From a virus (lineage: Duplodnaviria; Caudoviricetes): a stretch of 40,892 nucleotides of DNA. The position numbers and the translations under genes are program-made. This document shows positions 26,133 to 34,535 of this stretch, piece after piece (positions within the stretch are counted from its first letter, which is position 1; every line of letters starts with the position of its first letter). The notes under the pieces were generated by a model, which was not told where the DNA came from, made no database searches, and was given only the letters and a program-made list of their open reading frames with translations. The stretch is from positions 1 to 40,892 of the IMG/VR virus record IMGVR_UViG_3300011438_000019. The stretch is one strand, 5' to 3'.

Positions 26133-27300
26133 CTTCTTCCTCCCTTTCCTTCTTCTTCTTTTTCTTCTTGCCTTTGAGGGATGACTTCATCTCCTCATAG
26201 ACCTCGTCGAGTTCGCCCTCGTCAGCTTCCTCTTCCTCCTCGTCTTCGTCCTCGCCCTTCGACTTCTTGGACTTTTTCTTCTTCTTCTTTTTGGACTTGG
26301 GCTCGTCCTCGTCATCATCGTCGTCCGGGACGGTGTCTTCCTCTTCTTCGTCTTCCTCCTCTTCTTCCTTGTCTTCATCTTCGTCCTCGGACTCGTCTTC
26401 GTCCTCATCTTCGTCTTCGTCCTTGGACTTCTTCTTTTTCTTTTTCTTGGACTTGGGTTCGTCCTCATCCTCGTCTTCGGACTCCTCCTCATCCTTGTCT
26501 TCCTCTTCCTCCTCGTCTTCGTCCCGGGATTTCTTTTTCTTTGGCTCGTCATCATCCTCATCCTCGTCCTCATCGGAAGAGGATTTCTTGGCTTTCTTTT
26601 CCATCTTGCGGACGAAGGCGTCCAGCTCTTCTTCGCTACTCCCCGAGACGAGCTCGTCCAGATCGTTCAGCGTCTCAAAGAGAGCGAGGCGTTGTTCCTT
26701 GGTCGGAGCGAGCAGGGAAACGTCCATCGCCTTGAACTTGTACTCGGTGTCATCCCGGCCAGTCCCTTCACGATTGACGCGAACGAGCCGACCATATTTC
26801 GGATGGGCGATGCCGAGGATGGATTTCTTGCGGAAGTCCTCATCTGCGAAGACGTCCAAGAGTCCGGTGTGCCACTTCAGAGCCAGACGGAGGATCTTGA
26901 ACTTGTTATCCTCGTAGCCCTTCACCTTGAGACCACTTTCCGTCTTTTTCACCCGCGCCACGAGAACGTTCCAGAGACCCTCGGTCTTCTGGCTGAGCAG
27001 CCCGAACAGCTTCTTCGCGGACTTGCTCTTGTCCCCCTTGAGAGCCTTCTGTCTCCGGCACGCCGGACAGCGACGAGGCTTGCCAGTCTCCTCGTCCTTG
27101 TCGTTCTGAGAACAATACACCTTGTTCGGCCAGCGTCCGTGGAACAAGACCTCCTTCCAGAACTCTCCATTTTTCTTCCACGGTTTCCCGACGCGAATAA
27201 AGGTCGAGCCCTCCCCGATCTTTGTCCACCTGTCCTTTCCGCCCTTCTTCTTCTTGAGCTTCTTCCGATGCTCTGCGACCTGCTCAGGTGTCATCGTCAC
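26074..27300 (-). CDS. single-stranded DNA-binding protein (T4 gp32-like) with ~170-aa acidic/basic tail
   Basis: H...C...CPAC zinc motif; HP..G...V.REGTG..TEY; lies between UvsY-like and RecA genes. Confidence 0.7.
   Translation of the reverse strand: MTMTPEQVAEHRKKLKKKKGGKDRWTKIGEGSTFIRVGKPWKKNGEFWKEVLFHGRWPNKVYCSQNDKDEETGKPRRCPACRRQKALKGDKSKSAKKLFGLLSQKTEGLWNVLVARVKKTESGLKVKGYEDNKFKILRLALKWHTGLLDVFADEDFRKKSILGIAHPKYGRLVRVNREGTGRDDTEYKFKAMDVSLLAPTKEQRLALFETLNDLDELVSGSSEEELDAFVRKMEKKAKKSSSDEDEDEDDDEPKKKKSRDEDEEEEEDKDEEESEDEDEDEPKSKKKKKKKSKDEDEDEDEDESEDEDEDKEEEEEDEEEEDTVPDDDDDEDEPKSKKKKKKKSKKSKGEDEDEEEEEADEGELDEVYEEMKSSLKGKKKKKKKEREEEDEDESEDEDEDEEEDDDED
26077..26600 (-). repeat. coding low-complexity repeat: D/E tracts alternating with PKSKKKKKKKSK blocks
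   Basis: Directly visible; plus strand CTTGGACTTGGG(C/T)TCGTC units. Confidence 0.9.
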
Positions 27301-27312
27301 GTCCGTATCCTC

Positions 27313-27801
27313 CTATTCGTCATCCCCATCTTCCTCCCTTTTCTTCTTGCGAACCTTCGGCTCGGAATCTTGCTCCTTGCGTATGTTCGCAGAGTACGAC
27401 TGCAAGACGTCCTTGCGCTGTTCGAATGCTCGGACGCCGTACTTCAACAAACGCTCGGCCGCTCTCCAATGACGAAGTCTCTTCTGGAGAGCCTGATATT
27501 TTCCGTTCAGCAGGACGTAGTGCTTGACGTCCGCGACACGGATCCTGCCCTTCTTGTTCTCATGCAGGAACTTGAGATATTTGATGAAGAGTCGCGATTC
27601 GAGATGCTCCAGCTTCTCCTGCAAGAGATCGACCCTTGCGGAGCACTCGGCGTAGAGAGTCGCCCACCACGCATATTTTCCAGGCTGATGGATGAGCTCG
27701 TGGTCGAGACGAAGCTTGTCTATCTTCAGTTCCCGAATGAGGTCAGACTTGTCAACCTGTTCCGGGTCAAGCCTCACTACTACGGGAAGCTTCCTCAACA
27801 C
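27313..27801 (-). CDS. UvsY-like recombination mediator
   Basis: ID...LD.E...QP.KY..W helical pattern, AFEQRK..L; size and context next to SSB and RecA. Confidence 0.6.
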   Translation of the reverse strand: MLRKLPVVVRLDPEQVDKSDLIRELKIDKLRLDHELIHQPGKYAWWATLYAECSARVDLLQEKLEHLESRLFIKYLKFLHENKKGRIRVADVKHYVLLNGKYQALQKRLRHWRAAERLLKYGVRAFEQRKDVLQSYSANIRKEQDSEPKVRKKKREEDGDDE

Positions 27802-27994
27802 GACGATGTTCCTCCTCTTCTAGCATAGTACGGATGACGCTCGGGATCATTGCAAGAGGGAGAGCGATCTCGATTGATTCGCACTTTGCTCCGTCTACCG
27901 TAACCACATGCTCCTTTCCGACCACGACAGGAACTATGTGACCAGCGATGAGTCTTTCTACCTCACTGTGAGACAAAATGTATTTCAGGATCAT
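27767..27994 (-). CDS. hypothetical protein
   Basis: GGAGGGAG RBS. Confidence 0.55.
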   Translation of the reverse strand: MILKYILSHSEVERLIAGHIVPVVVGKEHVVTVDGAKCESIEIALPLAMIPSVIRTMLEEEEHRRVEEASRSSEA

Positions 27995-28007
27995 GAGCTC
28001 CCTCCAC

Positions 28008-28023
28008 TAGAATGAAACCCTGC
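28008..28023 (-). promoter_or_regulatory. candidate phage promoter element (GCAGGGTTTCATTCTA)
   Basis: Intergenic, just upstream of an RBS; resembles motifs at 34513 and 40869. Confidence 0.3.
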
Positions 28024-30653
28024 TAGGCTACTAGATCGGTCGGCAGAATGAATTCGGATTTCCCCTTACGCTCAAGCTCTTTCATTGCACCGAGGCTCCG
28101 CCCTACCGAGACGTCAATGTCAAATGGGATTTCGCAGAACCATCCGGTCATCTTCTCAATCCACTTGCGGTCGGTCATGAACTTGTACTTCATCTCTAGA
28201 ACGTCCTGCGCTTCCTTGCGGTAGACGTCCATCGTAATGTCGTCGTGGATGACGATGACGACCTTGCTCTTCATGCGATATTTCTGGAGCCACTTGGACA
28301 TCCGCCACGCTGCCGACCATGTGATATCGCTTGCGTCTCCTTGAATTGGAGTGTTGACCGCCTGACGGAGAGCCTCATGAACGATCTTGTCTTCATCGCT
28401 GTCCACACCGAGGAGCCAGCGACGGCGGCCAAAATAGGAGAGGACGTACTTGTGCTTCCGAACAAACTCTTCGACCTCTTGTCGGTACGCATAGCAGTCG
28501 TCGTACTTGCCGAAGTAGTCGGATATGAACTTCTCCGCTCTCCGGATAGACCATCCCATATCCGCTGCCAGAGCCGGAGCGCCTCTTCCATAGAGAAGCC
28601 CGAATGAGATCATGGATTTCGATGCCGTTCTCTGTTCCTTTGTGACTTTACTCTCCGAGACACCGAAGCCGATGGCCGCTCCCATGCGATGAGGATCCTT
28701 GCCAGCGTTGAACTCCTCGATCATCATGTCGTCTTTGGCCCTGTCCGCAAAGAGCCTCATCTCGATTTGCTTCTCGTCAGAAGCCATTAAGAAATAATCG
28801 TCATTCGTTGGGACGAACTGAGACCGCAGGATGTTGGCAAGACGACCACGCTTCGGCAGGTTCTCGTGGTTCGGGTCAGCACTGGAGACTCGTCCCGTCA
28901 CCTGACCACTGGGACGGTATGTCGTGTGAGTGCGACCATCGAGGCCAGCCCACTTCTGGATTGGCTTGATGTATTTCGAATAGGACGTGGAGTACTCGCC
29001 CATCTGGAGCAGGAGCGTGATGACCTTGCTCTTCTTCTTCGCGTTCAGCTTTTCTAGGACTTCGCGCTCGGTAGAGGGATTGTCTCCGGAGGGTGTGTCC
29101 CAGAGAGGCTCACGATCCATGATCTCAAATACGAGCTCGCGCTTGTTGTCGGTGGAGTTTAGGTTGACTGGCTCTCTGTGACGCTTGACGAGCTCCAGGA
29201 TGCGTTCTTTTGGATTTGCGACCGGACGTTTGTAGCTGTGAACACGCTCCGCCGTCTCCTTGATGAGTTCACGCAGGCGGATCTGCTCGAGCTCCTTGAC
29301 CTCTGGGAACGTTCTCAGCTTGTCTTCTTTCCCCTTGACAATCTTTGGGTACTCTTCCAGGAGCTCTCCGTTGCGCTTCAGGTCTAGCTTCAGGCCAGTA
29401 ATTTCCATCTGTGCCGCTGTCCACAGATGGTACATCAGCGGAAACTTGAACGGATGATTCCACAGATTTTCTTTCTTCAGTTTCTTGTAGAGGTACAAGG
29501 CGAGCCGGAAGTCCGCGATGCAGTCGTTCATATTGTACGGATAGAGAATCTTCGCGGGGATATAGACCATGTTCCCGCCTTCCTCGGGATCCATGATCTT
29601 GTTCTCTCGCTGAAAGGTTCTCATCTCAAGCTCGTATCCACCCATTCCCAGCTTCCAAGCCCAGTCTTTGAGACCGTGTCCTCCTTTGTAGACGTTCAGA
29701 GCGTAGGAGCCGAGGCCAGTGTCCATCCAGTAATTCTTGATCCTGATCTTGTGAAGGACAGCCGTGTAGACGTAGTCATACTTTCCAAAGTGAAGAGCGA
29801 ACTTGATGTCGGGGTCTGTCCACAATTCTCCGACGGCTTCCATCACCTCTTCCGGAGACACTGTGACCTTGACTCCTACACGACCTTGGACAGGGAAACA
29901 GACGGCCGAACGGATGTCCCATGCGAAGCCGACACAGGCAATCTGAGGCTTGATCTCTTTGTTATGCGGAGAGAGCGTGCTGCCTTCGATGTCTGTCGTC
30001 AGGAAAGTCTTCTTCTTGAGCATGTCCACGTATTCTTGGAGCATCTTGCGGTCACGAATATACTCATGAGAGAACTCCTTCCCTTTATGTTTCTTCGGCT
30101 TCCCTAGATTTGACGCAAGTAGTAGCGCATCTCTGAGCATCGCAGTCGTCTGAGGATTTTTGTTCCGCAGAACGTAGGCTGGATGGACTCCGCAAACGTA
30201 GTCGCGTCCATGAGCTCGGAAGACCTGAGCGTTCAGTCTCGTGATCCCACGTTTGTGAAGAATGCTTTCGATGGCGGAGTTCCCAAGGAGAACAACGACC
30301 TTTGGATTGGTCGCTCGGATCTCCCTGAGGATATGAGGACGACAGTGGTCTATCGCGTTTGGAAACTTGGTGAGGTCGTTGTCGGCCGGACGGCATCTGA
30401 CCACGTTGGAGAAGCGGCACTTCTGGAGATCTATGCCAATCGCTTCTATCATCTCCCGTAGAAGCTGACCGGATTCTCCAATGAAGGGATATCCTTCGTC
30501 GTCCTCTTCCCCTCCGGGAGCCTCGCCTATGAAGGACCAGATCGGATCGTCCGAGCCTTCACCGTTCATGATGGGAGTCTCACACTGTTTGTACATCCCA
30601 CATGGACGGCAGAACTCGTCTGGCTCCCGGATGATGTCCAGCTTCACCGTCAT
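28023..30653 (-). CDS. polA: family A DNA polymerase with N-terminal family-4 uracil-DNA glycosylase-like domain and 3'-5' exonuclease
   Basis: UDG: CxxC..C, GEAPG..ED..G.PF.G.SG, NVVRCRP, HPAY. Exo: DIE, GKYD, YN.ND. Pol: TGRVSS.DPN..NLP, D..QIE.R, R...K...FG..YG, NTPIQG.ASD, HDD. Confidence 0.95.
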   Translation of the reverse strand: MTVKLDIIREPDEFCRPCGMYKQCETPIMNGEGSDDPIWSFIGEAPGGEEDDEGYPFIGESGQLLREMIEAIGIDLQKCRFSNVVRCRPADNDLTKFPNAIDHCRPHILREIRATNPKVVVLLGNSAIESILHKRGITRLNAQVFRAHGRDYVCGVHPAYVLRNKNPQTTAMLRDALLLASNLGKPKKHKGKEFSHEYIRDRKMLQEYVDMLKKKTFLTTDIEGSTLSPHNKEIKPQIACVGFAWDIRSAVCFPVQGRVGVKVTVSPEEVMEAVGELWTDPDIKFALHFGKYDYVYTAVLHKIRIKNYWMDTGLGSYALNVYKGGHGLKDWAWKLGMGGYELEMRTFQRENKIMDPEEGGNMVYIPAKILYPYNMNDCIADFRLALYLYKKLKKENLWNHPFKFPLMYHLWTAAQMEITGLKLDLKRNGELLEEYPKIVKGKEDKLRTFPEVKELEQIRLRELIKETAERVHSYKRPVANPKERILELVKRHREPVNLNSTDNKRELVFEIMDREPLWDTPSGDNPSTEREVLEKLNAKKKSKVITLLLQMGEYSTSYSKYIKPIQKWAGLDGRTHTTYRPSGQVTGRVSSADPNHENLPKRGRLANILRSQFVPTNDDYFLMASDEKQIEMRLFADRAKDDMMIEEFNAGKDPHRMGAAIGFGVSESKVTKEQRTASKSMISFGLLYGRGAPALAADMGWSIRRAEKFISDYFGKYDDCYAYRQEVEEFVRKHKYVLSYFGRRRWLLGVDSDEDKIVHEALRQAVNTPIQGDASDITWSAAWRMSKWLQKYRMKSKVVIVIHDDITMDVYRKEAQDVLEMKYKFMTDRKWIEKMTGWFCEIPFDIDVSVGRSLGAMKELERKGKSEFILPTDLVA

Positions 30654-31225
30654 GTCAATTCAGTCCTCTCAAGGAAGAACCGTAGCGCGGCCTGAAGAGC
30701 CGAGCCTTTCACTTCGACGTTGCGAAGATAGGTGTCTTTTGGAACTGGCAATTGCTTTCCGTCCTTGACTGCGTCCTTCGCCATCTTGAGCAGGCGGAGG
30801 AAGCCTCGGACTTCCTCCTCCACGACATAGAAATATGAAGTGGAAGAGAGCTCTTCGGGCAGATCGTCCAGAATGCTGGTCGGCTTCGATGGACGATGGT
30901 CGTCAGAAGCTTCTGGAGTACGAGACTCCGCACTCCAACGAATTAGAAGAGTCTTTCGCTTGTCTGTCCCTGCGACTTTGTGCTGGATATGGCTTCGTGA
31001 GAGAAGAAGCCTCTCCACCTTTGTCTTTAGCAGAGTCATCGCTGCCGGACGCCTCGGATTGTTCACTGTCAAGTGTACGATTCCGAGGCGTGTCCCGACT
31101 TCATCGTAGAGCGCACTGACATCAACGAATTCTCCAGCACGCTCCGACTCTGAAAGGAATGCTTCTGCCTCTTTGACAAACTTCTCATCACTGTAGTCGG
31201 TGGTAAGATGCATCGATTTTCTCAT
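30650..31225 (-). CDS. hypothetical protein
   Basis: Coupled overlaps at both ends. Confidence 0.6.
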   Translation of the reverse strand: MRKSMHLTTDYSDEKFVKEAEAFLSESERAGEFVDVSALYDEVGTRLGIVHLTVNNPRRPAAMTLLKTKVERLLLSRSHIQHKVAGTDKRKTLLIRWSAESRTPEASDDHRPSKPTSILDDLPEELSSTSYFYVVEEEVRGFLRLLKMAKDAVKDGKQLPVPKDTYLRNVEVKGSALQAALRFFLERTELT

Positions 31226-31623
31226 AGGTCAACTCCAAATTCAGCTAAGAGACTGCTCAGCGACTCATTGCGTTCTCTGTTCAGTCTGATGATGTCATCG
31301 TGAGACCACTGACGCACCTTGCCGCTGCGACTGTGCGATCCACGATGAAGGCCTCTCCCTTTTCCGGGTCGTCTGATCGCTGGAATCATCTCGATGTCCG
31401 AACGAATGGACGAGTGTCTTTCATGCGGTGGAGGAATTGGAACTCTCTCCACAAGTTTCGCGGGAACAGATATGATTTCTCTGACCCGCTTCGGTGGAGT
31501 AGGTTTCGGCGGCTTCTTTCTCTTGTCCTTCGGGAGGCGAGGAGTCTCCTTGCTATAGTGAGGCTTGCCGTCGATCATCCGCTTCTTGATGTGTTTCTTC
31601 TTCTCTGCCTCTGACCACGGCAT
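31222..31623 (-). CDS. basic, Pro-rich hypothetical protein
   Basis: AGGAGG RBS. Confidence 0.6.
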   Translation of the reverse strand: MPWSEAEKKKHIKKRMIDGKPHYSKETPRLPKDKRKKPPKPTPPKRVREIISVPAKLVERVPIPPPHERHSSIRSDIEMIPAIRRPGKGRGLHRGSHSRSGKVRQWSHDDIIRLNRERNESLSSLLAEFGVDL

Positions 31624-31632
31624 CTGAGCCTC

Positions 31633-31995
31633 CTACGAAGAGAACAGGTCTGGCCCTTCCAGAGGACTCCGGAAATATCCTTGAACGAGACCCCGAGCGT
31701 GCGCCAGACATTCCTCCACACCACTTCCTGAATCCCCACAATAGAGAGACAAGGTCTTTCCATTGTAGTAGGTGCAAGTCGGGATCGCAAAGACGCACCG
31801 GATAAAGAGCGCTGCAAGGACGACAGCGTTCTCATCGGAGCATTCAACGATCACACAATCTCGGCCACGTTGGACCGCTTCACGATGACCCTGTCCCTTC
31901 TTGTCTTGCCATGCCGCGCGGATCTCTTCTGGGAGATATCGCGTGAACATGACTGTAGATCTGTCTCTAGCTCTGTACGTCAGTTCTTCGGACAT
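31633..31995 (-). CDS. hypothetical protein
   Basis: Start moved to MSEELTY (AAGGAG RBS); the longer ORF would overlap the tRNA. Confidence 0.6.
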   Translation of the reverse strand: MSEELTYRARDRSTVMFTRYLPEEIRAAWQDKKGQGHREAVQRGRDCVIVECSDENAVVLAALFIRCVFAIPTCTYYNGKTLSLYCGDSGSGVEECLAHARGLVQGYFRSPLEGPDLFSS

Positions 31996-32015
31996 GCTTT
32001 TCTCCTTCCCAAAGA

Positions 32016-32090
32016 TGGTGGAGGTGACGGGAATCGAACCCGCTATCACCGATTTGCGAGTCGGATGATCAGCCAGCCAGCCGCACCCCC
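32016..32090 (-). tRNA. atypical tRNA-Ala-like gene (G3:U70, A73, encoded CCA; 8-nt anticodon loop CTCGCAAA)
   Basis: GGGGGTG/CACCTCC acceptor; GCGGG-TTCGATT-CCCGT T arm; CCGA/TCGG anticodon stem; weak D arm. Confidence 0.75.
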
Positions 32091-32098
32091 GAAGAGAT

Positions 32099-32171
32099 TG
32101 GCTGGGACGACAGGAGTCGAACCTGAACAGCCTGATTCATGATCAGAGCCTCCCTGCCGAGGGTCGTCCCA
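32099..32171 (-). tRNA. atypical tRNA: Gln-like acceptor (U1-A72, G73, CCA) with loop TCATGAA (anticodon ATG, C33)
   Basis: TGGGACG/CGTCCCA acceptor; CCTC/GAGG D stem; TCTGA/TCAGG anticodon stem; CAGG-TTCGACT-CCTG T arm. Confidence 0.75.
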
Positions 32172-32179
32172 GCAATTCG

Positions 32180-32737
32180 TCAGGCGTCGCCGAGGCTCTC
32201 AGTGAACGGAGCCTCGCCTTTACTCTCAGTGTCGAGCTTCGGTTTCAGCTTGATGCACTCCTGGATGATCGAGAGGATTTCGGCTGGCTGAAACTCAGCG
32301 CGGAACGTCATCCACTTGAGAGCATAGACCGCCATGTCACCACAGTTCACGCCGACCGTCTCCCCCTCTTCCCCGACGCCCTGCATCAATTCTTCCAGAC
32401 GGTCAAACTTGCGAGCGACGTTCGCATGGATGCCGATCTCACCTCGCTTCATCCATGACGCTCCGTAGTGCTGCCCCTTGAGAGCCTCCAGTCGAGAGAG
32501 AACTCCGCACATGAACGCGAAACCATAGTTCGTTTCTGGCAGACACTTCGCCAGACACTCCGCTGGATCCATGATGCCCTCTGCGACATGCAGACCGTCG
32601 CGGAATGCGCTTAGGACTTCGCGGTTCATCTCGATGGCACGGATACTCCGCTCAAGAGCGCGATTCCTCGCCAAGAAATATCGTTCCTCTTGCTGTTTCT
32701 TTTCTGCCAGAAGTTCTTGCTTCTGAGCCTCATCCAT
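32180..32737 (-). CDS. nucleotide-modification-associated domain 1 (DUF1599/Nmad1, MazG-like) protein
   Basis: K...YG.SW..RG..G....V.RK.DRL...D...Y; start moved to MDEAQK (32737). Confidence 0.65.
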   Translation of the reverse strand: MDEAQKQELLAEKKQQEERYFLARNRALERSIRAIEMNREVLSAFRDGLHVAEGIMDPAECLAKCLPETNYGFAFMCGVLSRLEALKGQHYGASWMKRGEIGIHANVARKFDRLEELMQGVGEEGETVGVNCGDMAVYALKWMTFRAEFQPAEILSIIQECIKLKPKLDTESKGEAPFTESLGDA

Positions 32738-32757
32738 TTCCTCGTCCCCCTTTGAGA

Positions 32758-33378
32758 TTAGATCATCGGCCCTTCGGCCTTTGAAATGGTTTCTATCAAC
32801 GCTATCGCGATTGGCGAGTGCTGTAGCATCTTGCATTCTGGAAACAGATGAGTCAGTGTGTTCCTCGATCTAATCCAGTGCTGCAAGAAACGACTGTTCC
32901 CTAGCAAGATCTCTTCCTCACAGAAGAAATATCTCTCCAGGATGTCACAGAACTTGACTATCTTGTAGATGTCTTCCAGACGGTCATCTGCTGTGCTGTC
33001 AGATGTGAAGACACTGAGGCGAGCGAATTGAGATTCGGAGAAGAATTTCGAGACCTCTTTGTTCTCAATCTCTTCTAGGACTTTCCGCAGTTCTGGATAC
33101 TTGTCCTTGACATTTCCATAGACGTCTCCAGTGAAGGTCTCAGGAAAGTCATGAAACATCGCTCGGAGGGCGACACGTCTCCACGTCCAACCACGAAGCT
33201 GACACGTGTCACTCCCCAGAAGATTCTCGATGTCGCTTAGAAATATGAACGCCATCATCGTCACGTGACACGTGTGATCGGCATTCGTCTGCCGAACGAG
33301 TGTCCTGAACTTTCCGTACCGTGTTACCTCACTCATCACACGGAACTGGCGGATGAAGGCAAGAGCGTCCGTCGGCAT
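32758..33378 (-). CDS. HD-domain deoxynucleotide phosphohydrolase (YfbR-like)
   Basis: R.....NADH, FHDFPE.FTGD, VK.CD.LE. Confidence 0.85.
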   Translation of the reverse strand: MPTDALAFIRQFRVMSEVTRYGKFRTLVRQTNADHTCHVTMMAFIFLSDIENLLGSDTCQLRGWTWRRVALRAMFHDFPETFTGDVYGNVKDKYPELRKVLEEIENKEVSKFFSESQFARLSVFTSDSTADDRLEDIYKIVKFCDILERYFFCEEEILLGNSRFLQHWIRSRNTLTHLFPECKMLQHSPIAIALIETISKAEGPMI

Positions 33379-34499
33379 GAATGCAGAACCTCCCTTGCTA
33401 GTTGATTCTGGGACTCCTCGTAGAAGTCCAAGATGAGACTGGTCAGCGGCTCCCCCAGAGAAACGACCCGCTCAGCAAGAAAGTCCAGGTCATTCGCATC
33501 ACTGACCCGTCCAGACTTGATGACGGTATAGAGCCAGATCATCATCGGGATGGTGTGGTTCCAATATCCTCCGCCCGTGAACCTCACCTGAGTGACAGGA
33601 AGAGGAATCTTGATGTCCCGGTAGTTCCGAAATATGTAGGAGATGTTCGCGAGCGTCTTCGTGAACTCCTCCGGAGAGACGACGTCGAAGTTTGGAATGA
33701 CCTCGGCCTTCAGCTTTGGAGCGTGGTCGTCAGAGAAGGCGCGTTCTAGCACAGTCGCCAGTGTCTTCTTATAGAGGTCGAAGTAGTAATGAAGGTTCTG
33801 GACGAAGTAGTAGATCTTTCCCATCTTCACCATCCTCGAGCCGGCAACGTAGGAGAGGAGATGGCTGAACTGGATGGCATTGTACGGCGTCCCCCAGATG
33901 ACGTCGTTGCTCCGGATGACAACGGTCATGTCCAGAACATCCTCTCGCAAAGAGAAGATCACGAGGTCATTGCAAGGATAGTCCGCCGACTTGTCCAGAT
34001 TGTCTCTCACCGGATCCCACATGGAGATGACGGCCTGACGCGAGTTCGGGTCTTCTCGTAGCTTGCGAACGACGTGCTGGATCTGGTCAATCGGAGCACT
34101 TTCTTTTCCAATGAGCTCGAGAGAACTTGCTTCGACATCAGCAAGGTAGAGCGGATAGTCGTTACCCCATTTCCGCATTCGGAGACCGTAGGCTCCATGG
34201 AAGTTCGGCTGATCCTTGTCGGCGAACCTTCGCATGTTACTGTTGAAGTACGAGATCCATTCGACGTCGCCGCTGCCCATCAAGATCCAGACGATCTCTG
34301 CCAGAGCGAAGAACGGATTGAACTTGCGTCCCGGCGTCCGCATCCAACAATGTCCGGGCTTCTCATAGACGAAGAGAACAGGCTCCGGCATCTCAAGACA
34401 GTCATGCCCTCTTGTCGTGATGCGACGTCCGTGATTCGTGATGTCTCGGATCAGTTCATAGTAGAACGATCCGAGACCTTCCCCACTGTAGACCTTCAT
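33336..34499 (-). CDS. thymidylate synthase-fold enzyme, probable dUMP hydroxymethylase
   Basis: NPFF.LAE..W, GAYG.R, DP.SRQA.I, PCN, RSND..WG.PYN, NLH.Y. Asn at the specificity position indicates dUMP; RSND/WG type and neighbours favour hmdUMP synthesis. Confidence 0.8.
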   Translation of the reverse strand: MKVYSGEGLGSFYYELIRDITNHGRRITTRGHDCLEMPEPVLFVYEKPGHCWMRTPGRKFNPFFALAEIVWILMGSGDVEWISYFNSNMRRFADKDQPNFHGAYGLRMRKWGNDYPLYLADVEASSLELIGKESAPIDQIQHVVRKLREDPNSRQAVISMWDPVRDNLDKSADYPCNDLVIFSLREDVLDMTVVIRSNDVIWGTPYNAIQFSHLLSYVAGSRMVKMGKIYYFVQNLHYYFDLYKKTLATVLERAFSDDHAPKLKAEVIPNFDVVSPEEFTKTLANISYIFRNYRDIKIPLPVTQVRFTGGGYWNHTIPMMIWLYTVIKSGRVSDANDLDFLAERVVSLGEPLTSLILDFYEESQNQLAREVLHSCRRTLLPSSASSV

Positions 34500-34512
34500 G
34501 ACCCCTCCCTAC

Positions 34513-34529
34513 GAATATGAAACCCCGAC
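34513..34529 (-). promoter_or_regulatory. candidate phage promoter element (GTCGGGGTTTCATATTC)
   Basis: In the 36-nt intergenic gap before the hydroxymethylase RBS; near-copy at 40869. Confidence 0.35.
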
Positions 34530-34535
34530 CTGAGG

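Noticed and set aside
26077-26600. CRISPR array or non-coding tandem repeat (also 38920..39460)
   Set aside because: Repeats are in-frame codon repeats without constant repeat-spacer periodicity; no cas genes in the window.
32016-32090. tmRNA (Ala acceptor, similar 3' end)
   Set aside because: Both acceptor strands lie within 75 nt with an anticodon-like arm between them; no tag ORF or pseudoknot region.
32099-32171. tRNA-Met(CAT) call
   Set aside because: CAT is off-centre in the 7-nt loop and the acceptor stem and discriminator are Gln-like.
32758-33378. DatZ and a 2-aminoadenine (Z) genome
   Set aside because: No purZ in the window; the HD gene sits in a thymine-modification neighbourhood.
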